Source: Escherichia coli (GTDB taxonomy: Bacteria > Pseudomonadota > Gammaproteobacteria > Enterobacterales > Enterobacteriaceae). From it: a stretch of 64,000 nt of DNA. The stretch lies in NCBI RefSeq assembly GCF_003991155.1, contig NZ_CP031293.1; one strand, written 5' to 3'. A program made the translations under genes and the position numbers. The notes under the pieces are model-generated. The model searched no databases. It had not been told where the DNA came from and saw only the letters and a program-made list of their open reading frames with translations. Positions 51,779 through 63,208 of this stretch are shown here, piece by piece; within the stretch, counting starts at the first letter, position 1; each line of letters starts with the position of its first letter.

Positions 51779-54097
51779 ATGAAAATTAGCGACGGAAACT
51801 GGTTGATTCAACCTGGCCTCAATTTGATTCACCCGCTTCAGGTGTTCGAGGTTGAACAGCAGGGTAATGAAATGGTGGTCTATGCTGCCCCTCGTGATGT
51901 GCGTGAACGTACCTGGCAGCTTGATACGCCTTTATTTACGCTGCGCTTTTTCTCCCCACAGGAAGGTATTGTCGGTGTACGGATTGAGCATTTTCAGGGG
52001 GCGCTGAATAACGGTCCTCATTATCCGCTCAATATTTTGCAGGACGTGAAGGTCACAATCGAAAACACAGAACGTTACGCTGAGTTTAAAAGTGGCAACT
52101 TAAGCGCGCGTGTCAGCAAAGGTGAGTTCTGGTCACTGGATTTTCTGCGCAACGGCGAACGTATTACCGGTAGTCAGGTGAAAAATAACGGCTACGTGCA
52201 GGACACGAATAATCAACGAAATTATATGTTTGAGCGGCTGGATCTTGGCGTTGGCGAAACAGTTTACGGTCTGGGAGAGCGCTTTACTGCCCTGGTGCGC
52301 AATGGCCAGACGGTAGAGACCTGGAACCGGGACGGCGGCACAAGTACTGAACAGGCGTATAAAAATATTCCGTTCTATATGACTAACCGTGGTTATGGGG
52401 TACTGGTCAATCATCCTCAATGCGTCTCTTTTGAAGTGGGATCGGAGAAAGTCTCCAAAGTGCAGTTCAGCGTTGAGAGTGAATATCTCGAATACTTTGT
52501 TATCGACGGCCCGACGCCGAAAGCGGTACTTGATAGTTATACCCGTTTTACTGGTCGTCCGGCGCTGCCGCCCGCGTGGTCCTTCGGCCTGTGGCTAACC
52601 ACTTCATTTACCACCAACTACGACGAAGCGACGGTAAACAGCTTTATCGATGGTATGGCGGAACGCAATCTGCCGCTGCATGTTTTCCACTTTGACTGTT
52701 TCTGGATGAAAGCCTTCCAGTGGTGCGATTTTGAGTGGGACCCGCTGACTTTCCCGGACCCGGAAGGGATGATCCGCCGCCTGAAAGCGAAAGGGCTAAA
52801 AATCTGCGTCTGGATTAACCCCTATATCGGGCAAAAATCCCCTGTCTTTAAAGAGTTACAAGAGAAAGGTTATTTACTCAAACGCCCGGACGGTTCGCTG
52901 TGGCAGTGGGATAAATGGCAGCCAGGTCTGGCGATTTATGACTTTACCAATCCGGATGCCTGCAAATGGTACGCCGACAAACTGAAAGGTCTGGTCGCGA
53001 TGGGCGTTGATTGCTTTAAGACCGACTTTGGCGAACGTATTCCAACCGATGTTCAATGGTTTGATGGTTCCGATCCGCAGAAAATGCATAACCATTATGC
53101 GTACATCTACAACGAACTGGTGTGGAACGTGCTCAAGGAAACCGTTGGCGAGGAAGAAGCCGTCTTGTTTGCCCGCTCGGCCTCCGTCGGTGCGCAGAAA
53201 TTCCCGGTACATTGGGGTGGCGACTGTTACGCTAACTACGAATCAATGGCGGAAAGCCTGCGCGGTGGTTTGTCTATTGGCCTTTCTGGTTTTGGCTTCT
53301 GGAGCCACGATATCGGCGGCTTTGAGAATACCGCTCCGGCGCACGTTTACAAACGCTGGTGCGCGTTTGGTTTGCTCTCCAGCCATAGCCGTTTACACGG
53401 CAGCAAATCTTATCGTGTGCCGTGGGCCTATGATGATGAGTCCTGTGATGTGGTGCGCTTCTTCACGCAACTGAAATGCCGCATGATGCCGTATCTGTAT
53501 CGTGAAGCTGCACGTGCAAACGCCCGGGGTACCCCGATGATGCGGGCCATGATGATGGAGTTCCCGGACGATCCGGCTTGTGATTACCTTGACCGTCAAT
53601 ACATGTTAGGCGATAACGTGATGGTTGCTCCGGTGTTCACTGAAGCGGGCGATGTGCAGTTCTACCTGCCGGAAGGTCGCTGGACACACCTGTGGCACAA
53701 CGATGAACTCGACGGTAGTCGCTGGCATAAACAGCAGCACGGCTTCCTGAGTCTGCCCGTTTATGTGCGTGATAACACCCTACTGGCGCTGGGCAACAAC
53801 GAGCAACGTCCCGATTACGCGTGGCACGAAGGCACGGCATTCCAGCTCTTTAATCTGCAAGACGGGCATGAAGCCATCTGTGAAGTGCCCGCTGCCGATG
53901 GTTCCGTTCTTTTCACCCTGAAAGCGGCGCGTACTAGCAACACAATTACTGTGACTGGTGCGGGCGTGGCGAAGAACTGGACGCTGTGCTTGCGCAATGT
54001 TGTGAAAGTAAATGGTCTGCAAGGCGGTTCGCAGGCTGAAAGTGAGCAGGGGCTGGTGGTGACGCCTCAAGGGAATGCGCTGACAATTACGTTGTAA
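51779..54097 (+). CDS. yicI: Alpha-xylosidase YicI (GH31)
   Basis: 772 aa; matches E. coli YicI. Confidence 0.9.
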   Translation: MKISDGNWLIQPGLNLIHPLQVFEVEQQGNEMVVYAAPRDVRERTWQLDTPLFTLRFFSPQEGIVGVRIEHFQGALNNGPHYPLNILQDVKVTIENTERYAEFKSGNLSARVSKGEFWSLDFLRNGERITGSQVKNNGYVQDTNNQRNYMFERLDLGVGETVYGLGERFTALVRNGQTVETWNRDGGTSTEQAYKNIPFYMTNRGYGVLVNHPQCVSFEVGSEKVSKVQFSVESEYLEYFVIDGPTPKAVLDSYTRFTGRPALPPAWSFGLWLTTSFTTNYDEATVNSFIDGMAERNLPLHVFHFDCFWMKAFQWCDFEWDPLTFPDPEGMIRRLKAKGLKICVWINPYIGQKSPVFKELQEKGYLLKRPDGSLWQWDKWQPGLAIYDFTNPDACKWYADKLKGLVAMGVDCFKTDFGERIPTDVQWFDGSDPQKMHNHYAYIYNELVWNVLKETVGEEEAVLFARSASVGAQKFPVHWGGDCYANYESMAESLRGGLSIGLSGFGFWSHDIGGFENTAPAHVYKRWCAFGLLSSHSRLHGSKSYRVPWAYDDESCDVVRFFTQLKCRMMPYLYREAARANARGTPMMRAMMMEFPDDPACDYLDRQYMLGDNVMVAPVFTEAGDVQFYLPEGRWTHLWHNDELDGSRWHKQQHGFLSLPVYVRDNTLLALGNNEQRPDYAWHEGTAFQLFNLQDGHEAICEVPAADGSVLFTLKAARTSNTITVTGAGVAKNWTLCLRNVVKVNGLQGGSQAESEQGLVVTPQGNALTITL

Positions 54098-54111
54098 TCT
54101 ATTGAAGAATG

Positions 54112-54142
54112 CCGGATACGAATGGTTTTGTGTCGTATCCGG
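54112..54142 (+). terminator. Hairpin downstream of yicI (possible terminator; no clear T-tract)
   Basis: Stem CCGGATACGA/TCGTATCCGG with 11-nt loop. Confidence 0.3.
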
Positions 54143-54391
54143 TAAATAATCTCACATCTGGTAATAAATATTTCTTCCATCGTATTTGCGAGCATGATCA
54201 CGATTATTCATCACGAAAATGTGATCTGTGCTGAAAAATATCCCTTAACCGCCTTGCTTTGTTTTATCACTGTCCGGATTACGGACATATTTTAGTATTG
54301 TTGTGAAATTATTCTGCTTTATATTTACCCTCAGAGATGGCAACTGAAGCTCTTCCTCATAGGGCTTCTTAATCTGTGATAAGGGTAAAAA

Positions 54392-55945
54392 ATGCAAATG
54401 ATTACCTCGCGACAAAACAGATTATTACGATTCCTTTTACCTCGAAGGGAATATACGACTATTGTTACGATTGCCGGCTATTTAAATGTTTCGGAAAAAA
54501 CCATTCAACGTGATTTACGTTTACTTGAGCAATGGCTGGGGCAATGGAGAATAAATGTTGAGAAGCGTGCTGGCGCGGGTGTGATGTTAAGCGCGGAGAA
54601 TATTGCTGATTTGCTGCATCTTGATCATTTGTTGGGAGCAGAATGTGAAGAGATTGATGGTGTAATGAATAATGCCAGGCGCGTTAAAATAGCGTCGCAG
54701 TTATTAAGTGAAACACCGAATGAAACGTCGATCAGTAAATTGTCAGAACGCTACTTTATCAGCGGAGCCTCTATTGTTAATGACCTGAGAGTAATTGAGT
54801 CCTGGCTTGCGCCGTTGGGGTTATCATTGATCCGCAGCCCAAGTGGTACGCATATTGAAGGTAGTGAAGGGCAAGTCCGACAGGCAATGGCATTACTGAT
54901 TAACGGCATTATTAACCATAATGAGCCGCAAGGTGTCGTGTATTCACGTCTGGATCCCGGAAGTTATAAAGCATTAGTCCATTATTTTGGAGAAGAAGAG
55001 GTGTTATTTGTCCAGTCATTGTTACTGGATATGGAAAATGAATTAAGTTGGTCTTTGGGAGAGCCTTATTACGTTAACATTTTTACTCACATCCTTATTA
55101 TGATGTATCGCAACACGCACGGGAATGCGTTATCCAGAGAAGAAGATCAAACCAGGCAATATGATGAAAATATCTTTAATGTTGCCAGTCAGATGATTCA
55201 TAAGATAGAACAACGAATTGCACATACATTGCCCGATGATGAAGTCTGGTTTATTTATCAATATATCATTTCATCAGGTGTGGCGATTGATGGACAAAAA
55301 GATGTGAGCATTATTTCACATATGCAGGCCAGCAATGAAGCGCGTCTGATTACCTGGCGTTTAATTACGGTATTCAGTGACATCGTGGACTGCGATTTTA
55401 GTGAAGACAGCGCATTATATGATGGCTTGTTGGTTCATATTAAGCCGCTGATTAACCGACTAAATTATCGCATTCATATCCGTAATCCATTGCTGGAAGA
55501 TATTAAAGCAGAATTAGCGGATGTCTGGCGGTTGACGCAATATGTGGTGAATCAGGTATTTAAAACCTGGGGTGAGAATGCAGTGAGCGAGGATGAAGTG
55601 GGTTACCTGACCGTTCATTTTCAGGCTGCGATGGAGCGGCAAATTGCCCGTAAACGCGTATTACTGGTCTGTTCAACCGGAATCGGAACTTCGCATCTAC
55701 TGAAAAGCCGTATTCTGCGAGCGTTTCCTGAATGGACGATTGTTGATGTTATTTCAGCAGCGAATTTATCACAGGTTTTGCCTGACAATATCGAACTGAT
55801 TATTTCGACCATTAATTTGCCTACAGTCACTATGCCGGTCGCTTATGTTACCGCTTTTTTTAATGATGCCGATATTAAGCGGGTCACTGAAATGGTGATT
55901 ACGGAAAAATTACATCATGCGACGTCTCGGGTCGTTGAAATTTAA
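54392..55945 (+). CDS. PRD-containing transcriptional activator (MtlR/LicR/Mga-type) with C-terminal PTS EIIB-like domain; frz-type operon
   Basis: 517 aa; N-terminal HTH, PRD-like central region, C-terminal …VLLVCSTGIGTSHLL… EIIB-like phosphorylation motif. Confidence 0.7.
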   Translation: MQMITSRQNRLLRFLLPRREYTTIVTIAGYLNVSEKTIQRDLRLLEQWLGQWRINVEKRAGAGVMLSAENIADLLHLDHLLGAECEEIDGVMNNARRVKIASQLLSETPNETSISKLSERYFISGASIVNDLRVIESWLAPLGLSLIRSPSGTHIEGSEGQVRQAMALLINGIINHNEPQGVVYSRLDPGSYKALVHYFGEEEVLFVQSLLLDMENELSWSLGEPYYVNIFTHILIMMYRNTHGNALSREEDQTRQYDENIFNVASQMIHKIEQRIAHTLPDDEVWFIYQYIISSGVAIDGQKDVSIISHMQASNEARLITWRLITVFSDIVDCDFSEDSALYDGLLVHIKPLINRLNYRIHIRNPLLEDIKAELADVWRLTQYVVNQVFKTWGENAVSEDEVGYLTVHFQAAMERQIARKRVLLVCSTGIGTSHLLKSRILRAFPEWTIVDVISAANLSQVLPDNIELIISTINLPTVTMPVAYVTAFFNDADIKRVTEMVITEKLHHATSRVVEI

Positions 55946-55971
55946 TGTCAGAATTTTATGAGGTATGACGA

Positions 55972-56442
55972 ATGGACATAACAAAAATCCTGAATACGAA
56001 TCGCGTTATTTTAGATATGCAAGCGACGAATAAAGCGGAGGCGATTGAAGAATTAACTAATCTTCTCAAAAAAGATGGTGCGATCGATTGTCGGGAAACC
56101 TTTATTAAAGATGTCTGGCAGCGCGAAGCGGAAGGCTCGACTGGTTTTGAAAATCATATTGCGATCCCGCATGGTAAATCTTCTGCGGTAATTAATACTA
56201 CGCTGGCAATTGGCCGTACCCGCCAGGATATTCCCTGGGAAACGCTGGATGGCAGTAGCGTGCGCTGTATTATTTTATTTGCGGTACGTCTTGAAGATCA
56301 AAATACCACTCATATCCGTTTACTTTCCCAGGTCGCGGGCGCGCTGGCGGATGATGACATCATAGAACAATTGTTAGTTGAGACGAGTCCGCAAAAAATC
56401 ATTGATCTCTTTAGTCAGTATGCACAATCCGATGTCTGCTAA
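55972..56442 (+). CDS. PTS EIIA component, fructose/mannitol type
   Basis: 156 aa; …HIAIPHGK… active-site His motif. Confidence 0.75.
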   Translation: MDITKILNTNRVILDMQATNKAEAIEELTNLLKKDGAIDCRETFIKDVWQREAEGSTGFENHIAIPHGKSSAVINTTLAIGRTRQDIPWETLDGSSVRCIILFAVRLEDQNTTHIRLLSQVAGALADDDIIEQLLVETSPQKIIDLFSQYAQSDVC

Positions 56443-56459
56443 ATAACAGGGAGTATGTC

Positions 56460-56774
56460 ATGAATATTGTCTGTGTTGCCGCCTGTACGGCGGGTATTGC
56501 TCATACCTATATTGCTCGTGAAAAGTTAATCAAAGGAGCAAAAGCTCTGGGCCATACCATTAAAGTTGAAACCCAGGGAACCATTGGTACAGAAAATGAA
56601 TTACAGGCGGCAGATATCTCTGCTGCTGACGTCGTGATTCTTGCTGTAGATGTGAAAATAAAAGGAGAAGAACGCTTCACCAATAAACGTATTGTGCGAG
56701 TAAAGACAGAGATCGTCATTAAATCGCCCGTTCAATTTCTTGAAAAGGTCGAAAAATCACTGGGAAACAAATGA
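56460..56774 (+). CDS. PTS EIIB component, fructose type
   Basis: 104 aa; N-terminal …IVCVAACTAGIAHTY… Cys phosphorylation motif. Confidence 0.75.
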   Translation: MNIVCVAACTAGIAHTYIAREKLIKGAKALGHTIKVETQGTIGTENELQAADISAADVVILAVDVKIKGEERFTNKRIVRVKTEIVIKSPVQFLEKVEKSLGNK

Positions 56775-56798
56775 TCCTTATACTGGAGGGATCTTAAT

Positions 56799-57890
56799 AT
56801 GAAAGACAATAAAATTCCGGTTTCACAGGAAATTAAAAAACATTTATTAACCGGCATCTCGTGGATGATACCCCTTATTGTGGCCGCCGGGATATGTATT
56901 GCGTTGGGGCAAGTTCTTGGCGGTACAGATGTTGGTGAAAAAACAGGAACAATCCCGTGGATGCTTAATCAGATTGGCGGCTGGGGAATGGGGCTGATTG
57001 TGCCGCTGATTAGCGCGGCAATTGCCTATTCTATTGCCGATCGTCCCGGATTTGCCCCGGGTCTGATTGTCGGCTTTCTCTGTGGGCAAATCCATACCGG
57101 ATTTATTGGCGGTATGTTGGGTGGTTTCCTGGTGGGCTACACCATTTTGCTACTTAAACGCTATATCCGCCTGCCGCAGTCGATGCAAGGACTCATGCCA
57201 ATCATGGTGTTGCCGGTATTAAGCACCATTATCGGTGGGCTGTTAATGATGACGCTGATTGGTAAACCCATCGCCTGGTTACAAGAAGCACTGATTCATT
57301 TGCTCGAGTCGATGCAGGGCGGATCGCGCTTCCTGATGGGGGCCATACTTGGCGCGATGGCAACCTTCGATTTCGGTGGTCCGGTCAACAAAACCATGTC
57401 GCTGTTTTCCGATGGCTTGCTGGTCAGTGGCGTCTACGGACCAGAAGCCGTGAAATTTGTCGGCTCAATCATCCCTCCGTTTGGCATCACACTTTCGTTC
57501 TTACTGACACGCCATAAATACACCCGTGCGGAGCGCGAGGCGCTGAAAGCCGCGTTTCCGATGGGGATCTGCATGATCACTGAAGGAGTCATTCCGATCG
57601 CCGCGCGTGACCTGCTGCGAGTAGTGGGATCTTGTGTGGTGGCATCGGCGGTCGCGGGCGGCTTAATCATGGTGTGGGGCGTGGAGAGTCCGGTTCCGCA
57701 TGGCGGCATGTTTGTTGTGCCTCTGTTCACCCATCCTCTGCTGTTTTGCCTGGCGCTGGGTATAGGCACGGTGATTTGTGGCGTGATGCTTTCACTCTGG
57801 AAGAAACCGGTAACGGAACGCGACGAAGAGTTTGACGAACTGAGCGATCAAAAGCTGAAAGATGAAGAGATCACTTTCACCCTCGAATAA
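56799..57890 (+). CDS. PTS EIIC component, fructose-like
   Basis: 363-aa polytopic membrane protein. Confidence 0.75.
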   Translation: MKDNKIPVSQEIKKHLLTGISWMIPLIVAAGICIALGQVLGGTDVGEKTGTIPWMLNQIGGWGMGLIVPLISAAIAYSIADRPGFAPGLIVGFLCGQIHTGFIGGMLGGFLVGYTILLLKRYIRLPQSMQGLMPIMVLPVLSTIIGGLLMMTLIGKPIAWLQEALIHLLESMQGGSRFLMGAILGAMATFDFGGPVNKTMSLFSDGLLVSGVYGPEAVKFVGSIIPPFGITLSFLLTRHKYTRAEREALKAAFPMGICMITEGVIPIAARDLLRVVGSCVVASAVAGGLIMVWGVESPVPHGGMFVVPLFTHPLLFCLALGIGTVICGVMLSLWKKPVTERDEEFDELSDQKLKDEEITFTLE

Positions 57891-57901
57891 CCGGAGGCCC
57901 T

Positions 57902-58753
57902 ATGTTTGCCGATATGAAAAGTATGGTGATGAAAGCCTGGCATGAACATTACGCCTTACTGGCGATCAACTGTATGAATCTGGAAAGTGCTCACGCAGCT
58001 ATCCGCGTGGCGGAGAAGAATCGCGCTCCGATCATTCTCAATCTCTATCAGGGGCATCTGGCGCATTTTCCAGCACCCGTCGCGGCGGCAGTGGTTAAAA
58101 CGCTCGCGGAATCTGCCTCAGTACCGGTCGCTCTGGCGCTTGATCATGGCAAAAATCCGGACTGTATTCGTCAGGCGTTTCGTGCTGGTTTCAGCGGATT
58201 AATGATTGATGCTTCTGCTTTTCCCCTGGAGGAAAACGTGCGCCAGACCAGGGCGGTGGTGGAACTCGCCGCCAGCGTGCAGCTCTGCGTGGAAGGCGAA
58301 CTGGGCCATCTGGCAGATGCGCCGCGTTACGACCAGGCCGCCAATGCAGACCTGATGACGCAACCCACTGATGTGGAACCGTTTATCGCGCAGACAGGCA
58401 TTGATCTACTGGCCGTCTCGGTAGGCACGGCGCACGGCATGTACGCGCCTGGTGTTGTACCTGCTATTGATTTTCAGCGTCTGGCGGAGATTTTCCACTG
58501 CTCGAGCGTGCCTCTGGCATTACATGGCGGTAGCGGTACGCCGTTCGATCAGCTCCAGCTCTGTACGACGCTGGGGGTAGCAAAAATCAACGTGGGGGCG
58601 GCCATTTTTGAACGGGGGAAATCCGCGCTCCTGCATACCCTCTGTCACGATATATCCATTGAACTGGTGGACGCGCTGAAAGCTATGGAACTGGCCTTCG
58701 AAGAAGCGATTACACCGTATTTACAGGCGAGCGGCTCTATCGGCAAAGCCTGA
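57902..58753 (+). CDS. Class II ketose-bisphosphate aldolase (GatY/KbaY/FbaA family)
   Basis: 283 aa; …LDHG…, …GELG…, …TAHG… motifs. Confidence 0.7.
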   Translation: MFADMKSMVMKAWHEHYALLAINCMNLESAHAAIRVAEKNRAPIILNLYQGHLAHFPAPVAAAVVKTLAESASVPVALALDHGKNPDCIRQAFRAGFSGLMIDASAFPLEENVRQTRAVVELAASVQLCVEGELGHLADAPRYDQAANADLMTQPTDVEPFIAQTGIDLLAVSVGTAHGMYAPGVVPAIDFQRLAEIFHCSSVPLALHGGSGTPFDQLQLCTTLGVAKINVGAAIFERGKSALLHTLCHDISIELVDALKAMELAFEEAITPYLQASGSIGKA

Positions 58754-58833
58754 TTCATTTTCTGTCATGGCCTTTATGCCAGTGCAATAACGCACCGGCA
58801 GGGCGGACTACACGCTGAAACTGGAGATTTAAC

Positions 58834-59694
58834 ATGTTAGTTTCGATGAAAGAATTACTGCAACCTACCCGCCAGCACGGCTTTGCCATTGGCGCATTTA
58901 ATGTGGCGGATAACTGTTTCCTTCGCGCAGTCGTGGATGAAGCAGAAGCGACAAATACTCCGGCGATTATTGCCATCCATCCCAGCGAACATGATTTTGT
59001 GGGCGATGCCTTTTTCGCTCACGTTCGCGAAATTACCCAGCGTAGTCCGGTCCCGTTTGTACTGCACCTCGATCATGGTGCCTCTGTAGAGCATGTTTTG
59101 CGTGCGATTCGCTGCGGATTTACCTCAGTAATGATCGACGGTTCGCTGCTGCCGTATGAAGAAAACGTGGCGCTGACCGCAGAAGTGGTTCGCCTCGCTC
59201 ACGCGGTTGGAGTGTCGGTTGAGGGTGAACTGGGAACCATCGGACAAACAGGAACGTCGGTAGAAGGTGGTGTTTCACAAGTGACCTACACAGATCCGGC
59301 GCAGGCCGCCGATTTTATTGCTCGTACAGGTGCCGACACTCTGGCTGTGGCGATTGGTACAGCACATGGCATCTATCCAAAAGGGATGCAGCCGAAGCTG
59401 CAAATGGACATTTTGCGCGACATTGCCGGACGTATTGATATTCCGCTGGTGCTACACGGTGGTTCGGCAAACCCGGACGCGGAGATTGCTGAATCAGTTA
59501 CGCTCGGCGTCGGCAAAATCAATATCTCCAGCGATATGAAATACGCCTATTTCCAGAAAGTGCGTGAAATTCTCGCTAAAGAGAGCTGGTGGGACCCGAA
59601 CGTCATCTATCCGGATGCGATTAACGCGGCGCGGGAAGTCATTCGCCACAAAATGAAACTGTTCGGTTCGCTCGGTAAAGCATCACTGTACTAA
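58834..59694 (+). CDS. Class II ketose-bisphosphate aldolase (second paralog)
   Basis: 286 aa; …LHLDHG…, …EGELGTIG…, …TAHGIYP… motifs. Confidence 0.75.
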   Translation: MLVSMKELLQPTRQHGFAIGAFNVADNCFLRAVVDEAEATNTPAIIAIHPSEHDFVGDAFFAHVREITQRSPVPFVLHLDHGASVEHVLRAIRCGFTSVMIDGSLLPYEENVALTAEVVRLAHAVGVSVEGELGTIGQTGTSVEGGVSQVTYTDPAQAADFIARTGADTLAVAIGTAHGIYPKGMQPKLQMDILRDIAGRIDIPLVLHGGSANPDAEIAESVTLGVGKINISSDMKYAYFQKVREILAKESWWDPNVIYPDAINAAREVIRHKMKLFGSLGKASLY

Positions 59695-59741
59695 GCCAGA
59701 AGGGCGGGGTGACCCGCCTTTTACGCAACAAGGAACGAGAA

Positions 59742-60674
59742 ATGCACTATCTGGGGTTGGATATTGGTGGGACCAAAATCGCCGCCGTCGTCATGGATGC
59801 GCATGGCTGGGAGATTCGCCGTTACCGCTGCCCGACGCAAAAGTCGACATATCAACAATTTGTCTCATGTGTTGTGGCGCTTATCGAGCAGATTAGGCGG
59901 GACGTTCAACGACCGATGCTGACAGGGATCGCCTTACCCGGCAGTATCTCGCCACTCACTGGCCTGATTAAAAACGCGAATATTCAGGTGATTAACGGTC
60001 ATGCGTTACAGGCTGATTTGCAGCAATTGCTTGGGCAACCGGTGGTGATAGCCAATGATGGTAACTGTTTCGCGCTATCAGAAGCTTGCGACGGTGCCGG
60101 GCAAGATTATGACGTGGTATTTGGTATTACGCTTGGTACGGGCTGCGGCGGTGGCATTGCCATCAAGCAACGACCGTTTATAGGGGCCTGGGGAAATGCT
60201 GCCGAATGCGGTCATATCACGTTGCCAGGCTATACGGAGCAGGAAGATGGTCCATCAGTCAGTTGCTATTGCGGCAAACACAACTGCGTGGAGTCGTTTG
60301 TTTCCGGCAGCGGTTTTAGTGAACGCTATCAACAGATGACTGGTAACTTGCTCACTCCTGCGGCGATTGTCACCCTGGCACAACGTGGTGATGCTGGTGC
60401 CATGCAGCAGGTGGCACGTTTTCGCCAACAGCTTGCCCGCACGCTGGCAACCATCGTTAATGTTGTTGACCCTGGCGTGATTGTGATCGGCGGCGGGCTT
60501 TCGAATGTGGAACTGCTTATCACCGATCTGAACGCAGAAGTTGCTCCACTGGTTTTCACCGATCAATTCACCACTCCCATTGTAAAAGCACAGCACGGCG
60601 ACAGTAGCGGAATGCGTGGCGCTGCCTGGCTTGCTATGCGCAACGGAGAAGCCAATGAAACGTTCACAAATTAA
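59742..60674 (+). CDS. ROK-family sugar kinase
   Basis: ORF 59709..60674 trimmed to MHYLGLDIGGTK; ROK zinc motif CYCGKHNCVE. Confidence 0.75.
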   Translation: MHYLGLDIGGTKIAAVVMDAHGWEIRRYRCPTQKSTYQQFVSCVVALIEQIRRDVQRPMLTGIALPGSISPLTGLIKNANIQVINGHALQADLQQLLGQPVVIANDGNCFALSEACDGAGQDYDVVFGITLGTGCGGGIAIKQRPFIGAWGNAAECGHITLPGYTEQEDGPSVSCYCGKHNCVESFVSGSGFSERYQQMTGNLLTPAAIVTLAQRGDAGAMQQVARFRQQLARTLATIVNVVDPGVIVIGGGLSNVELLITDLNAEVAPLVFTDQFTTPIVKAQHGDSSGMRGAAWLAMRNGEANETFTN

Positions 60675-61335
60675 TTATGTTATTGATAAAGCACATGCCA
60701 TTGCGCAGACCTTCCGCGTTTGTTTGCCAGAGTTCGCCTATTTTACGGTGGATGACTGGCTGCAGCGGGAACGGGATAACTGGCAAGAAGTGGTCGACTT
60801 ACAGCTCGGTTGGGATATCACCGATTTTGGTCGTGGTGATTTCAACCAAACGGGACTAACACTGCTAACGATGCGCAACGGCGCGCTGGGGTCGGCGGCA
60901 TATCCAAAACCGTATGCTGAGAAAATGTTGCAGATCCAACAAGATCAGCAGACTCCCTGGCATTTTCACACCCACAAAATGGAAGATATCCTCAATCGGG
61001 GCGGTGGAGACTTATGCATGCAGTTGGCCTGGGCCAACGAAGCCAATCTCTGTGATGATCAACGAGTCATTACCGTGAGTGTTGATGGTCAGCGGCGTAC
61101 CATGAAACCTGGTGAAACGCTGGTGCTAAAGCCGGGGCAGGGCATTTGCCTGCCGCCGCGTCTGTATCATCGCTTCTGGGCGGAAAAAGCGTTTGTTCTC
61201 GGCTGGGAAATTTCGATGGTAAATGATGACCAACACGATAATTATTTTCTTGAGCCGGGAGGACGTTTTCCGGCGATAGAAGAAGATGAACCGGTGAAAT
61301 GGTTATTGTGCAGTGAGTATGGAATTTTGCGCTAA
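60655..61335 (+). CDS. Cupin-superfamily sugar isomerase-like protein (D-lyxose/mannose isomerase type)
   Basis: ORF 60616..61335 trimmed to Met14 after a GGAGAAG ribosome-binding site; …WHFH.H…E… cupin metal-site pattern. Confidence 0.6.
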   Translation: MKRSQINYVIDKAHAIAQTFRVCLPEFAYFTVDDWLQRERDNWQEVVDLQLGWDITDFGRGDFNQTGLTLLTMRNGALGSAAYPKPYAEKMLQIQQDQQTPWHFHTHKMEDILNRGGGDLCMQLAWANEANLCDDQRVITVSVDGQRRTMKPGETLVLKPGQGICLPPRLYHRFWAEKAFVLGWEISMVNDDQHDNYFLEPGGRFPAIEEDEPVKWLLCSEYGILR

Positions 61336-61344
61336 TAACGGGGA

Positions 61345-61380
61345 ACGCTAGCGCTGATATCCGCTAGCGTCCTTATTTTT
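61345..61380 (+). terminator. Rho-independent terminator between the frz-type operon and yicH
   Basis: Stem ACGCTAGCG/CGCTAGCGT followed by CCTTATTTTT. Confidence 0.6.
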
Positions 61381-63088
61381 ACTGCACCGGCTCCGTCGAC
61401 GTAACTTCACCACTGGAAACGACGCCCGCATTTATGGTTTGAGTCACTTGCTGCTTTGCGGCATTCACGGCATGCAATTGCCCGCTAACCGTAGGTTTCA
61501 GCGGGACATTGGCCTGAATATCGCCACTGGCGGTAAGCTGAATATTGCCGTCGCCAGTCAACGGTAATTCAGGCCATCCCCAATGTTGCAAAATATTCAC
61601 CGGCACACCGCGTCCATTCAGGCTGATATGGGTCTGACGTTGTGGCGTTTGTGAAACACTGGCGGTGGCTTCCAGAATGCCTTTTTCAGTAAATGCACTC
61701 AGTTCGCTGATATTCACCGTGCTGCTGTTGGCGGTCAGCGCCAGCGATGGGCGACGAACATCAACACGATTGAATGTCGCGGCGGCGGCATTCAGATTCG
61801 CCGAACCACTCCAGACGCCCCATTTATGATCGGTAACCAGCGTCAGGTTGGCACCGTAACCATCGAGCGCGGTGAGCTGCCACGGGAAGTCAGGGTCGAT
61901 ATCAATGATCAGATTGCGGCTGGCGCTAAATCTCTTCAGTTGCAGGCTGTTTAACCAACCGGGTGTCGTTTCCATCCACAACTGTTGCCAGTTTTTTGGC
62001 AAGGTATATTCCAGTCCGGCAATTGCCGCATCATCGAGGATCAACATTTTCCCGTCACGCAACCAGTTCCCTGACGTTCTGACCATGCCCCCTTCCCAGC
62101 GGCTGGTGAACTGGCGCAGTGCTACGCCCTGCGGGGAAAATTCCGCGTTTATAATCGGGTCAAATAAATGCAGCGAACCATAAATGAACTCGCTGGCGTT
62201 CATCGACAGTTTGCCTTCCTGTGTCTGCCAGTCATCTTTACTGAAGGTCATGTTGCGCAAGCTGAGATCGAGGTCGGTCACCGCCCAGTCCGGACCTTGC
62301 AAACGAGCATCGATCACTTCCAGGCGACCAATCTGCAACGACGGGACAGAGCGTAATGGCGCAAAGAAGTCGGTTAGCGATTTTTCGCTTTGTAGACGGA
62401 TATCCGCCATGCGCAGATTTTCCACTTGCCAGCTGCCGTCGGCGTTACGCTGCGCGTTTCCGGTTAATGTCCCGCGGGCGATGTCGGCACCCAGGTTAGT
62501 CAGCGTAACGCGATCGTTATCAATACTGCCTTCAATCAGTACATTGGTGGCAGGAACATCATTGAGCGAAAGCGATCCGGCACTAAACTGAATCTGCGCC
62601 TTCGTACCCAGCACTTTACCGGCTTCTGGTGACCACGGAACCACGCCGCCATTTACCCGCTGCGCGCTCAGTTTCCATTCGCTATTCGGGCTATTAAACG
62701 CCATATTACGCAGTTGCAGACGATCGGCTTTGAACGGTAGCGGCGCGGTCTGGTCGGTGAGATTCAGCGTCCCGTTTTCCAGCAGGATGGTATCGACATG
62801 GCGTGGTTCGGTCAGTTGCCGACTGCTTAGCGCAATGTCGACACTTTTTGCCACCAGGGTCGCGGGCTGGCCATCACGACCAAACGTGACGTTCTCCAGC
62901 ACGATATGAGATGGCGCGGAAAAACGGTGATCCATCGCCCCGAAGGCCAGATGATAGTCGCTATTCTCGGAAACCCATGCGCTGATATGTTCTGCTCCCC
63001 AGCGAGTTTGCAGAAGAAAATAGAGGCCAGCGATCACCACTAACAGAGCGATGAGAATGTAGAGAAGCAGCTTCCCAATAAATTTCAT
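61379..63088 (-). CDS. yicH: AsmA-family protein YicH
   Basis: ORF 61379..63112 trimmed to MKFIGKLLLYIL (569 aa); matches E. coli YicH. Confidence 0.85.
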   Translation of the reverse strand: MKFIGKLLLYILIALLVVIAGLYFLLQTRWGAEHISAWVSENSDYHLAFGAMDHRFSAPSHIVLENVTFGRDGQPATLVAKSVDIALSSRQLTEPRHVDTILLENGTLNLTDQTAPLPFKADRLQLRNMAFNSPNSEWKLSAQRVNGGVVPWSPEAGKVLGTKAQIQFSAGSLSLNDVPATNVLIEGSIDNDRVTLTNLGADIARGTLTGNAQRNADGSWQVENLRMADIRLQSEKSLTDFFAPLRSVPSLQIGRLEVIDARLQGPDWAVTDLDLSLRNMTFSKDDWQTQEGKLSMNASEFIYGSLHLFDPIINAEFSPQGVALRQFTSRWEGGMVRTSGNWLRDGKMLILDDAAIAGLEYTLPKNWQQLWMETTPGWLNSLQLKRFSASRNLIIDIDPDFPWQLTALDGYGANLTLVTDHKWGVWSGSANLNAAAATFNRVDVRRPSLALTANSSTVNISELSAFTEKGILEATASVSQTPQRQTHISLNGRGVPVNILQHWGWPELPLTGDGNIQLTASGDIQANVPLKPTVSGQLHAVNAAKQQVTQTINAGVVSSGEVTSTEPVQ

Positions 63089-63208
63089 GGTCTTCCATCC
63101 CGTGAAATGCACATAAGGGAGTTATGCACGATTTACGCGCAATCCTCAAGGCGGGAATGGTGAAAGAGGTGAGACTGCGGCGGTAATTATCTTACCGCCG
63201 CCAGTGAA

